From an uncultured Candidatus Saccharibacteria bacterium (lineage in GTDB: Bacteria > Patescibacteriota > Minisyncoccia > Phycocordibacterales > PALSA-1337), in NCBI GenBank assembly GCA_964558375.1, contig CAZLCD010000003.1:155-64154 (forward strand): a DNA stretch of 64,000 nt. The letters run 5' to 3'. The notes under the pieces are model-generated. The model saw nothing but the letters and a program-made list of their open reading frames with translations, had not been told where the DNA came from and searched no databases. The translations under genes and the position numbers were made by a program. Positions 47,658 to 56,480 of the stretch are shown in pieces; the first letter of the stretch is position 1, and each line of letters begins with the position of its first letter.

Positions 47658-48902
47658 ATGAAGATCTTATTCCTATCAGATGATTTTCCTCCCAAAAGTT
47701 TTGGAGGTGCAGGTATTATAACCTTCAATCTTGCCAAAGGCCTTCTGGATGCTGGGCATAAGATGTATGCAATAACTACAACTCAGGATAGAAAGGAAGA
47801 GGGTTGGAGTAATGTTGAGGGTATAGAGGTATATAACTTGTACGTTGATTATGATGGTAGATTCGCTGCGTATGTTAGTCTATGTAATCCTAAGGTTATA
47901 TTAAAGGTAAAAAAACTAATAAAGGATATAAATCCAGAAGTAATTCATGCGCATAATATCCATCACTATCTTTCATACTACACCCTTGCTGTAGCTCGAT
48001 CATTCACTTCAAAAGTGTTCCTTACAACCCATGATGCTATGTCATTTAACTATGGTAAATTGGTGAATTTTTATGATAGAAAAAATCTTGAAGTTCAAAA
48101 AGATTTCTCATATAAAGTTGGGTTTTTACAAAACCTACGTACAGCCAAGAAAAGATACAATCCAATTCGTAATATAGCTATACGTTGGTATTTAAATACT
48201 TTTCCAAAGAAGATATTCGCTATATCTCACGAACTAAAGAAAGCGTTGAATCAAAATGGAATTAAAAATGTAGAAACAATACACTATGGTATTGAATCTA
48301 GAGACTGGAATGTATCAGAAGAAGAGAAGAAAACATTCAGTACAAAACTTGGACTAGATACCAAGAAAATTGTGTTTTTTGGTGGAAGACTAAGTGAATT
48401 TAAAGGAGGAAAGATTATGATAGATACAATGAAAGAGTTGTCTGAGAAGGATAGAGATATTGTTCTACTTATTGCAGGTACTCTAAATGACTATTCAAAA
48501 TACTTATTAAACTATGCTGAAGAAATCGGAGTGATGAACAATATATTTTTTACTGGTTGGTTGTCGAGAGATGATATGAAAAAAGCATACGCAGTATGTG
48601 ATGTCTGTGTTACTCCATCAATATATTTTGATGCTTTTAATCTTTTTAATATAGAAGCCGGGTCGGCATCTAAACCAGTTGTTGGTACATGTTTTGGTGG
48701 TACTCCTGAAATTGTAATCGATAAAGTTACAGGACTTATTGTTAACCCTAATAATATAGAGATATTAAGTAATGCTATATATACTATAGTTGAAGATAAA
48801 GAATATACTACGAAACTAGGAAAGGCAGGGAATGAGAGGGTTAAAGAATACTTTACTATGGATAGGTATGTTATAGAGACCCTGTCTTGGTATCAGAAAT
48901 AG
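47658..48902 (+). CDS. glycosyltransferase family 4
   Basis: N-terminus MKILFLSDDFPPKSFGGAGIITFNLAKGL. C-terminus PSIYFDAFNLFNIEAGSASKPVVGTCFGGTPEIVIDKVTGLIV. Confidence 0.75.
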   Translation: MKILFLSDDFPPKSFGGAGIITFNLAKGLLDAGHKMYAITTTQDRKEEGWSNVEGIEVYNLYVDYDGRFAAYVSLCNPKVILKVKKLIKDINPEVIHAHNIHHYLSYYTLAVARSFTSKVFLTTHDAMSFNYGKLVNFYDRKNLEVQKDFSYKVGFLQNLRTAKKRYNPIRNIAIRWYLNTFPKKIFAISHELKKALNQNGIKNVETIHYGIESRDWNVSEEEKKTFSTKLGLDTKKIVFFGGRLSEFKGGKIMIDTMKELSEKDRDIVLLIAGTLNDYSKYLLNYAEEIGVMNNIFFTGWLSRDDMKKAYAVCDVCVTPSIYFDAFNLFNIEAGSASKPVVGTCFGGTPEIVIDKVTGLIVNPNNIEILSNAIYTIVEDKEYTTKLGKAGNERVKEYFTMDRYVIETLSWYQK

Positions 48903-50187
48903 TTTGCTGTTGTTTTCGATCTTTCTTAACTATATAGAACCAGATAAACACAGATATTGTAGCTGTAGCTACTAGTAATGTCATTCTTCCGTATACCACA
49001 CTGGTCACTCCTAATTTCTGGATGAAAGAGAAGATGAATATTGTTGATAGGAGACTAGGTATATTCCATAGGTATAACATCTTCTTAGGTAGATAATTTA
49101 CTTTTGAATTTATAGCAGGACTTAACATGGTCAAAGGCATAGATATTAGTATTGTAAGGGCATATATTCTAGATATTCCTACAGATGAAAGATATGCTGG
49201 GAAGAATATCTTAAATATTAGGGGAGCGAATATAATGTAAAGTATTACTATGCCTATAGAGATAATGAATATCATAAATATTCTCTTATATAGAAGTTTG
49301 CCTATATCAGCGATTGGACGTGCTGCCATTTTAGGCATTGCTAGAGTCGGTATATTTCTAAACAGACTTACCATTTGGGTTACTGGCGCTATAGCAAAAC
49401 TATATATTGCTAGTTCTATAGATCCTAAGTAATGAAAGATTAGAATTGAATCTAAAGATCCTATTAAAGTTGCAATAACATCGATAAAGCTCGAATGCTT
49501 ACCCATAGGTATTGTTGCAGGATCAATCCTATCATTAGGGGGGTATCTCTTTATAGTTCTAAAGAAAAATAAAATTCTAATCAGTGTCCATGAGGATAAA
49601 TATACAACTAATATTATGTATATGTTACTTGTTACAAATACAGTAGCTATCATTAATGAACTAGCAATCAATTGACTCAAAGTTATATATCTCGAAGATA
49701 TATCAAATATTTTCTTTCCCTGAAGATAGTCTTGGTAGAGATGGAAAGAATCCATAAATGGAATGAATAGTGAGGCTATTAGGAATACAATAGCTAGCTC
49801 AATGTTTCCATTTGAGTAGTAATAGATTGATACTCCAACACTGACAATTGATCCAACTACACCCCAAGTTATTTTTGTCTTCAATCCTTTTATCAACGAT
49901 CCTTCCAAACCTCTCGCTACGGCCTGAGATATCATGGAACCCATCCCTGTCAGAGTTGTTATTGAAAGTATCCCAAGTATCGATAGGAAGTATTTGTATA
50001 CTCCATATGTATGTGCAGGTATATGGCTAGCAAACACTATGGCAGTCACAAATACCATTGCAGAAGCTGATATATTACTTATAGTAAGCCAAAAACCACC
50101 CCTCGCAAGGTATACCATATCTGTCTTAGTGTATTTCTCACTCGATCTCAATATTAAGTACGTTCTCTGTTTAAGGTGGTGGAACAT
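48871..50187 (-). CDS. wzx: polysaccharide/oligosaccharide flippase (Wzx-like, MOP superfamily)
   Basis: 438 aa, about 12-14 predicted TM helices, basic N-terminal cytoplasmic segment, overall layout of Polysacc_synt proteins. Membership of the glycan island supports the call. Confidence 0.55.
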   Translation of the reverse strand: MFHHLKQRTYLILRSSEKYTKTDMVYLARGGFWLTISNISASAMVFVTAIVFASHIPAHTYGVYKYFLSILGILSITTLTGMGSMISQAVARGLEGSLIKGLKTKITWGVVGSIVSVGVSIYYYSNGNIELAIVFLIASLFIPFMDSFHLYQDYLQGKKIFDISSRYITLSQLIASSLMIATVFVTSNIYIILVVYLSSWTLIRILFFFRTIKRYPPNDRIDPATIPMGKHSSFIDVIATLIGSLDSILIFHYLGSIELAIYSFAIAPVTQMVSLFRNIPTLAMPKMAARPIADIGKLLYKRIFMIFIISIGIVILYIIFAPLIFKIFFPAYLSSVGISRIYALTILISMPLTMLSPAINSKVNYLPKKMLYLWNIPSLLSTIFIFSFIQKLGVTSVVYGRMTLLVATATISVFIWFYIVKKDRKQQQTISDTKTGSL

Positions 50188-50289
50188 ATATACTCATCAC
50201 TATATCTAAAAAAAGGGTACTAAGCTAGTCTGGAATGGTCTAATGTCGAATTAACATTTAAATAGAATAATGCTATCATCTCTCTACAT

Positions 50290-52581
50290 ATGAAAAATAC
50301 CACAAATACAATTATTAAATACAGCATATTTACAATCATTTTTATAATTTCTTTCCTCCCCCTTTACGTCGCCAACCCATTATTCTTTCCGTTCATCACT
50401 GGCAAGGCTTTCGTCTTTAGAATACTAGTAGAACTAGCTTTCGCTCTGTGGCTCATACTTCTTATACGTGAAAAGGGAACTACGGTCGCTGGTACTGAGA
50501 GAAGTGTGGCACCAAGGATAAATGCTATCACTATAGCCATAACAGCTTTCGTTTCAATTATCTTTGTCGCCGACCTCCTAGGTCTAAATGTCTTGCGAAG
50601 CTTCTGGTCAAACTTCGAGAGAATGGAAGGATGGATAACCCTAGTACATCTTTGGGGATATTTCATTGTTCTATCTAGTATTTTTGGCTCCAGTTACTTT
50701 TCGGGCTCCACTGAAAATTCCGAAGCTCATAAAAATTGGCATCGATTCTTCAATGTGGTGCTTATCGCTGGCTTTATCACGGCTATGTACGGCCTATTCC
50801 AATTCTTCGGTTGGGCAGACATTCATCAGGGCTCTAGTCGTGTAGATGCCTCACTAGGAAACTCAGCTTATATGGCGGTTTATATGATCATAAACGCATT
50901 TCTAGCAGGGTATATGGCTTTCGATGCTTATATAAAAAGGTTAAAGTTTTCACTGCTATTCTTTATCTACTCTATCCTTGCCATTTTCTTCTCCTTCATA
51001 ATGTTCCAGACAGCAACTAGAGGAACTATCCTAGGTTGGGTTGCAGCTATCCTCGTTTCTCTGGCTATTTATGCGGTTTTTGGTAAAAATAAAAAGGGCG
51101 GCGTTTCCACAAAATCAAGACTTATAGCTTCAGGTGCAATAGTTCTGGTTTTGCTTATCGGAACCCTCTTCTATTTTAATAGAGATGCGCAGTGGATAAA
51201 GAACAATCAGGTATTAGGACGTATCGCAACCATATCTATTTCCGATACCAAGACTCAAGCTCGAGGATTCATCTGGCCTATGGCACTCAAAGGTGTATTT
51301 GAAAGTCCAAAAACCGCGATCATAGGTGTAGGTCAAGAAAACTTCAATTATATTTTTAACAAAAACTATGATCCGAAGATGTGGGCACATGAACAATGGT
51401 TCGATAGGGCACACAGTGTCTTTATCGACTGGCTTGTAGCTGGAGGGCTCATAGGATTTATATCGTACCTTGCTCTCTATCTCTTTGCTCTTATCTATAT
51501 TATCAAAAGTCACTTGCATATTGGTCAAAAATCAATACTCATAGGACTTTTGGTTGGTTATGGAATACATAACATTTTCGTTTTCGACAATCAGACTAGC
51601 TATATAATGTTCTTCATAGTTTTGGCTTTCATACATTCTTTTGTGCCTGGTAAGGTTCCAAAGTTCTTACACGATACCAAGTCTCATGTTTCAGAGGATT
51701 ATATAACAGTAAGAGATTATATATTTGTGCCAGCTATCATTATCCTTTTGGGTTGTTCACTATATTTTATCAATATTCGTCCAATACAGGCTAATACCGG
51801 ACTTATAGCCGCTCTACGTTCTTGTTCAGATGCCAAAACCTTGTCTACAAAGACTTTTGAAAAAGTATTTGCTCTAGATCAAACCGTAGCCAATCAAGAA
51901 ACCTTAGAACAGCTCTATTCTTGCTCTGGCAATGTACTACGTAGCCAATTGCCACAAGAAAAGAAAATCGAATTCTACAATTTAACTAAGGCAGAAATAG
52001 AAAAACAGGCCTCAACTACTCCAAACGACGCTCGACTATATATTCTCGCTGGAAACTTCTTTGATTCTATAGGAGATTGGTCCACAGGTACTGCATATTT
52101 AGAAAAAGCTCATAAACTCTCTCCAACCAAGCAAAGCATAGCTTCAGAGCTCGCGCTCAACTACTTAAATATAGGGAAAACAAAAGAATCCATAGAAATA
52201 ATGGAGCAGGCTTACAATTCTGATACAGAGAATTACAATGCTCGAACTTCATATATCGTAACCCTGATCTATACAGGAGAAGAAAAGAAAGCTATAGAAC
52301 TATTTGGTAAAAATCTAGAATATTTCGAAAATGAGCAAGTGATCAATGCCTATGTGACTTTGAAACAATACGATAAAGCGATAGCTCTATACAAATCAAT
52401 CATGTTAAAGAATCCAAATGAACAGAAGAATTATTCTGCCCTAGCTTCTATCTACCTTATGAATGGTCAAAAGGCAAAAGCAATTGAGACTATAAAAATC
52501 GCTGGGGATAAGTTTCCAGAAATCAAAAAGCAAGCAGATGCGATAATCAAGCAGATCGAGGAGGGGAAGGTAGGGAATTAA
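50290..52581 (+). CDS. O-antigen ligase/Wzy_C-domain membrane protein with C-terminal TPR repeats (candidate pilin O-oligosaccharyltransferase, PglL/TfpO-like)
   Basis: N-terminal ~450 aa polytopic. Wzy_C-like blocks …MFQTATRGTILGWVAAIL… and …HEQWFDRAHSVFIDWLVAGGLIGF… (compare the aHN.yL..l.E.G..G block of O-antigen ligases). Large periplasmic loop. C-terminal ~250 aa of TPR-like helical repeats. Confidence 0.6.
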   Translation: MKNTTNTIIKYSIFTIIFIISFLPLYVANPLFFPFITGKAFVFRILVELAFALWLILLIREKGTTVAGTERSVAPRINAITIAITAFVSIIFVADLLGLNVLRSFWSNFERMEGWITLVHLWGYFIVLSSIFGSSYFSGSTENSEAHKNWHRFFNVVLIAGFITAMYGLFQFFGWADIHQGSSRVDASLGNSAYMAVYMIINAFLAGYMAFDAYIKRLKFSLLFFIYSILAIFFSFIMFQTATRGTILGWVAAILVSLAIYAVFGKNKKGGVSTKSRLIASGAIVLVLLIGTLFYFNRDAQWIKNNQVLGRIATISISDTKTQARGFIWPMALKGVFESPKTAIIGVGQENFNYIFNKNYDPKMWAHEQWFDRAHSVFIDWLVAGGLIGFISYLALYLFALIYIIKSHLHIGQKSILIGLLVGYGIHNIFVFDNQTSYIMFFIVLAFIHSFVPGKVPKFLHDTKSHVSEDYITVRDYIFVPAIIILLGCSLYFINIRPIQANTGLIAALRSCSDAKTLSTKTFEKVFALDQTVANQETLEQLYSCSGNVLRSQLPQEKKIEFYNLTKAEIEKQASTTPNDARLYILAGNFFDSIGDWSTGTAYLEKAHKLSPTKQSIASELALNYLNIGKTKESIEIMEQAYNSDTENYNARTSYIVTLIYTGEEKKAIELFGKNLEYFENEQVINAYVTLKQYDKAIALYKSIMLKNPNEQKNYSALASIYLMNGQKAKAIETIKIAGDKFPEIKKQADAIIKQIEEGKVGN

Positions 52582-52682
52582 AATATAGTTATCCACATAC
52601 CCCCTTGAACTTATTTGCCTGAGCTTTGCTATACTTATGGCATAAGTTTAATTATTAAGTTTTTATAAGTTAATTTATTCGT

Positions 52683-53144
52683 ATGAAGAAAACATATTTA
52701 GAAAAAGGTTTTACATTGATTGAATTGCTAGTGGTTATTGCTATTATCGGTATTTTGTCATCAGTGGTGTTGGCGAGTTTGAACACAGCTCGAAATAAGG
52801 GTGCAGATGCTGCAGTAAAAGCAAACTTGTCTGGTATTAGATCACAGGCAGAGTTGATTTATGATACTGCTGTTCCAAATTCTTACGCAACTATCTGTAC
52901 AGATACAAATGTTGTTAATGCAATAAATGCTGCAAAGACAGCTGCTGGAGTTTCATCTGCTACCAATGTTACTTATGGTACAGCTGGTGGTGCAGCTACA
53001 GCTACTTGTCATGCTAACGGTGCAACCGGATGGGCTGTAGAAGTTCCATTAAAGTCCGCAGGATTCTTCTGTGTAAACAATTCTGGTACATCTTCAACAA
53101 CAGCTGCAAGTACTCTTGGTGCTAGTGAAACAGATTGTAACTAG
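52683..53144 (+). CDS. pilA: type IV pilin (probable major pilin; class III signal peptide)
   Basis: MKKTYLEKG|FTLIELLVVIAIIGILSSVV shows the prepilin leader, cleavage G, F+1, E+5 and a hydrophobic helix. C-terminal region has paired Cys and is Ala/Thr/Ser/Gly-rich. Followed by its own intrinsic terminator. Confidence 0.75.
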   Translation: MKKTYLEKGFTLIELLVVIAIIGILSSVVLASLNTARNKGADAAVKANLSGIRSQAELIYDTAVPNSYATICTDTNVVNAINAAKTAAGVSSATNVTYGTAGGAATATCHANGATGWAVEVPLKSAGFFCVNNSGTSSTTAASTLGASETDCN

Positions 53145-53170
53145 TGTATATTGTTTGGTTGGTTTGATTT

Positions 53171-53203
53171 AAAAAAACTACGTAGAATATACGTGGTTTT
53201 TTT
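53171..53203. terminator. bidirectional intrinsic terminator AAAAAAA-CTACGTA-gaata-TACGTGG-TTTTTTT
   Basis: 7-bp stem (one G-U), 5-nt loop, flanked by A7 and T7, 27 nt after the pilA stop. Confidence 0.55.
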
Positions 53204-53253
53204 GTTGACTTATTAGATTGTTATATAATTATATTAAGTTTATAATATATAAT

Positions 53254-53742
53254 ATGAAAAAAATAAATAAAGGTTTTACATTAATAGAATTGCTAGTAGT
53301 TATTGCTATAATAGGAATATTATCATCTGTTGTATTATCGAGTCTAAGTACTGCTCGTGTTAAAGGTAGGTCTGCAGCACTTAAGGCAGAAATGGATAGT
53401 TTTAAGAAAACAGCTCAACTTTTCTATGATGATAATAACAATTCATATACAGGAATGTTTTCAAATGATCCTACTATTTTAGCACTGGTAGCTACAACAA
53501 CCACAGATGTTGCAATTCAGAATATATTAATATCTCTAGAACAGAAGTCAGGTAATTTTGCTCTGTATGGTCTTGTGTCTGATAATGCTTACGCACTATA
53601 TACAAGGTTACCAAGTGCAACCAATCTTGACAGTCTTGATCCTGTAGATATTTGGTGTATTGACAGTGAGGGAAAGTCTGGAAATCCTAGTTCAGTAGCT
53701 GTAGATCAATTTACCACTACTCCAGCCAGTGTTTGTTGGTAA
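53254..53742 (+). CDS. type IV pilin
   Basis: MKKINKG|FTLIELLVVIAIIGILSSVVLSSL, with a C-terminal disulfide loop (C…C-W end). The track start 53218 adds 12 unlikely residues. Confidence 0.7.
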   Translation: MKKINKGFTLIELLVVIAIIGILSSVVLSSLSTARVKGRSAALKAEMDSFKKTAQLFYDDNNNSYTGMFSNDPTILALVATTTTDVAIQNILISLEQKSGNFALYGLVSDNAYALYTRLPSATNLDSLDPVDIWCIDSEGKSGNPSSVAVDQFTTTPASVCW

Positions 53743-53771
53743 AGGATAAACAATTCTCCAATTACATTACA

Positions 53772-53797
53772 AAATCCTTCGAAAGAGAGGGATTTTT
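53772..53797 (+). terminator. weak hairpin plus T-tract (AAATCC-N12-GGATTTTT) after the second pilin gene
   Basis: 6-bp stem with a large loop followed by T5. Judged a weaker terminator than the one after pilA. Confidence 0.3.
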
Positions 53798-53885
53798 GGT
53801 ATTAGGTGTAATCTTTACCAAATCTTTATTATTTTTTAATCTTTCCCCCAATCCCCAACTCTCTATACACCAAAGCATTTTTTAC

Positions 53886-53894
53886 TGCTATAAT
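53886..53894 (+). promoter_or_regulatory. extended -10 TGCTATAAT, 6 nt upstream of ATG 53901 (leaderless configuration)
   Basis: Perfect TGnTATAAT. No room for a Shine-Dalgarno sequence before the start codon. Confidence 0.4.
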
Positions 53895-53900
53895 TAGCCT

Positions 53901-54410
53901 ATGAAAAATACTAAAAAAGGATTTACTTTAATTGAGCTTATGGTTTCGATTGCGATTATAGGAATTTTGACTGCCATTATCACCACCAACTTTACTTCAA
54001 GCAAAGCCAAATCAAGAGATGCAAAGAGAGTTTCAGATCTTGCGCAGATACAGCTGGCGTTGTCTCTATATTTTGATAAATTTAATTCTTATCCAGGTGT
54101 AGGTACTGGTCTTGAAGCTGGTGGTGTAACAAGCGGGGCAACTTCTCCTTACAACAGTATTCCTTTTAGTAACTACATTGCTGTGATACCAAAAGATCCA
54201 AATGGAACTGTGTATTCGTATGTGGTAGATGGATCTAAAACAGACTATATTTTGAGGGCCACTTTAGAAACCAACTCCACAGCTCTTAGTGATGATATTG
54301 ATAATACAAATAGACCATCGTGGGCAACAACTGTTTCCTTTGGTGGAGGTAGTGGAATACCTTGCGATGATACTTCTACACCGCTTTACTATTGCGTATC
54401 CCCAAGATAA
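53901..54410 (+). CDS. type IV pilin/pseudopilin
   Basis: MKNTKKG|FTLIELMVSIAIIGILTAII prepilin N-terminus, with a C-terminal Cys pair. Confidence 0.7.
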   Translation: MKNTKKGFTLIELMVSIAIIGILTAIITTNFTSSKAKSRDAKRVSDLAQIQLALSLYFDKFNSYPGVGTGLEAGGVTSGATSPYNSIPFSNYIAVIPKDPNGTVYSYVVDGSKTDYILRATLETNSTALSDDIDNTNRPSWATTVSFGGGSGIPCDDTSTPLYYCVSPR

Positions 54411-55186
54411 TGCCAAGTATATTTTTAATTTTTTCATTTGCACTCGGAACCATCATAGGAAGCTTTTTAAATGTTGTAGCTTTTAGATACAACACCGGCA
54501 TGACCTTGAACGGTCGATCAAAATGCTTTTCTTGTGGACATGGTTTGCATTGGCATGAACTTATCCCTATCTTTAGTTTCTTTTTGCAAAAAGGTAAATG
54601 TAAAAAGTGCAAAAGTAAAATCTCTTGGCAATATCCACTGATCGAGGTTACAGCCGGACTTATATTCCTGATGATCTTTTTTTATTTTCCACCAGTATCA
54701 GTACAAGCAAGTGTTGATACTATCTTCTATCTACTCATAACTTGTATACTTCTAGTAATAACGGTTTACGATATAAAACATAAGATCATTCCAGATCCAC
54801 TAGTCTATACTTTTGCGATTGTAGCTTTTGCCAAACTTTTCATCTCTCCAGAATTTTCTTTTGTCATACCAGAGACCATGGCTATGCTAGCAGGACCGAT
54901 ACTGGCCCTACCTTTCGCTTTGATGTGGCTTCTTTCAAAGGGAACTTGGATGGGCTTTGGGGATGCCAAGCTTGTTTTGGGTATAGGCTTTGTTTTGGGA
55001 CTTATGCCGGGACTTTCGGCTATAGTACTAGCTTTTTGGATAGGGGCAGTGGCTAGTGTTTTGTGGATGTATATAGTTATGAGAAAGTTTAAGTCTCATT
55101 ATGAAATACCTTTTGGGCCGTATCTTATCCTTGGAATGTATCTAGTTTTATTTTTTGGAATAAATGTTATTGATTTTACAATATGA
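54392..55186 (+). CDS. pilD: prepilin peptidase (A24 family, PilD/TadV-like)
   Basis: N-terminal zinc-binding CFSCGH…CKKCKS. Catalytic Asp contexts DIKHKIIPDP and GFGDAKL. About 7 TM helices. Alternative start ATG 54410 (MPSIF…) overlaps the upstream stop as TAATG. Confidence 0.85.
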   Translation: MRIPKIMPSIFLIFSFALGTIIGSFLNVVAFRYNTGMTLNGRSKCFSCGHGLHWHELIPIFSFFLQKGKCKKCKSKISWQYPLIEVTAGLIFLMIFFYFPPVSVQASVDTIFYLLITCILLVITVYDIKHKIIPDPLVYTFAIVAFAKLFISPEFSFVIPETMAMLAGPILALPFALMWLLSKGTWMGFGDAKLVLGIGFVLGLMPGLSAIVLAFWIGAVASVLWMYIVMRKFKSHYEIPFGPYLILGMYLVLFFGINVIDFTI

Positions 55187-55803
55187 GAAAAAATAGATTT
55201 TTAAAATTTAAAGGCGGCTTCACTATCATAGAGCTTATGATCTGTGTTTTTATCTTTGCTATGATGACGACTTTGCTTCTTGCAAAATACGGTTCTTTCA
55301 ATACAAATGTCTTACTTACAAACCTCGCTTATGATGTGGCTCTTACCATACGTAATGCTCAATCATACGGGCTCAATGTAAAGAGTTCACCCAATGAAGA
55401 AAATAAATTCAACTATGCCTACGGAGTACATATTGCATTGGGTACAGAATTTATCTTTTTTGTGGATACAACTCCCAATGGTCTATATGATGCTAATCTA
55501 GGAGAAAAAATTACTTCTACAACTATCAAAAGGGGAATGAGTATAGGTAGAATATGTCCTGGTAGTGCAATATGTTCTTCTTTAAATAGTTATACAGGAG
55601 CTGATAGTATGGATATAACTTATAAAAGACCAAATCCAGAAGCTATTATAAAGTCAACTACTGGCGGTGTGACGATTACTCAAACTTCTTTTTCTTCTTC
55701 ATTTGCTCTTAGAAATAGTTTAAGTACCACATTTCCTGATCTACTTAACTCTATAGATATAGTGGTTAATAAAAATGGCGCAATTTCCATTAAGAAAAAA
55801 TAA
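55183..55803 (+). CDS. pseudopilin/minor pilin (prepilin-type N-terminus)
   Basis: …KFKGG|FTIIELMICVFIFAMMTTLLLA. Start overlaps the pilD stop (ATGA coupling). Confidence 0.6.
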   Translation: MRKNRFLKFKGGFTIIELMICVFIFAMMTTLLLAKYGSFNTNVLLTNLAYDVALTIRNAQSYGLNVKSSPNEENKFNYAYGVHIALGTEFIFFVDTTPNGLYDANLGEKITSTTIKRGMSIGRICPGSAICSSLNSYTGADSMDITYKRPNPEAIIKSTTGGVTITQTSFSSSFALRNSLSTTFPDLLNSIDIVVNKNGAISIKKK

Positions 55804-55804
55804 T

Positions 55805-56473
55805 ATGAAATATATTTCTCAAAAAAAAGGATTTACTTTGGTGGAAATGATAGTATCATTGGCTGTCTTTATGGTTGTTGCAGTTATTGCTGTCGGTGCT
55901 CTTTTAAAAATAACCGATGCTAATAGGAAGTCTCAGGCTTTAAAAACTGCTATCAACAATATAAATTATGCTTTAGATGCTATGTCTCGAGAGATGAGAA
56001 CGGGGAAGAATATGGTGCTTTATACTAATCCACTGGGTACTCCATATGAACTTCACGGTGGCTCAAATCAGTATGCTGATGGTAATAATACAGGTCTAGA
56101 TGATGAATGGGTAATGGTTTTTGAATCTACAAAAAGTCCTGCTGGGGGAACTTGTAAATTGAAAATTGGGTATAAATTTGCATCATATACAACTAATAAT
56201 GATACCTCTAACAAACACACTATTCAAAAAGCTGAGCAGCCTTTAACAGATTCTGATTGTGATGGTCAATTGGGTGATACTCTTGGTTCTGGACCGGAAT
56301 ACGACTTCGTCGACATCCTCTCTCCTGATGTTCAAATCACCAATTCCATTGTCGATGTGGATACTAGCGGAGGTCATGGCAAGGCTTCTTTCTGGTTCAA
56401 GGGCTACGCAGGTAAAACTTCGAAGGATAGAACAGACTTCGAAATACAAACAACGGTTTCTCAAAGAAATTAA
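55805..56473 (+). CDS. pseudopilin/minor pilin
   Basis: MKYISQKKG|FTLVEMIVSLAVFMVVAVIA. Start chosen at ATG 55805, directly after the upstream stop, rather than the overlapping 55775. Confidence 0.6.
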   Translation: MKYISQKKGFTLVEMIVSLAVFMVVAVIAVGALLKITDANRKSQALKTAINNINYALDAMSREMRTGKNMVLYTNPLGTPYELHGGSNQYADGNNTGLDDEWVMVFESTKSPAGGTCKLKIGYKFASYTTNNDTSNKHTIQKAEQPLTDSDCDGQLGDTLGSGPEYDFVDILSPDVQITNSIVDVDTSGGHGKASFWFKGYAGKTSKDRTDFEIQTTVSQRN

Positions 56474-56480
56474 AAAATTT

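Noticed and set aside
54392-54410. Choice of pilD start (ATG 54392 overlapping the upstream pilin by 19 nt, versus ATG 54410 in a TAATG stop-start overlap)
   Set aside because: Cannot be resolved from sequence alone. The track coordinate is kept and the alternative noted. Either gives a normal prepilin-peptidase N-terminus.
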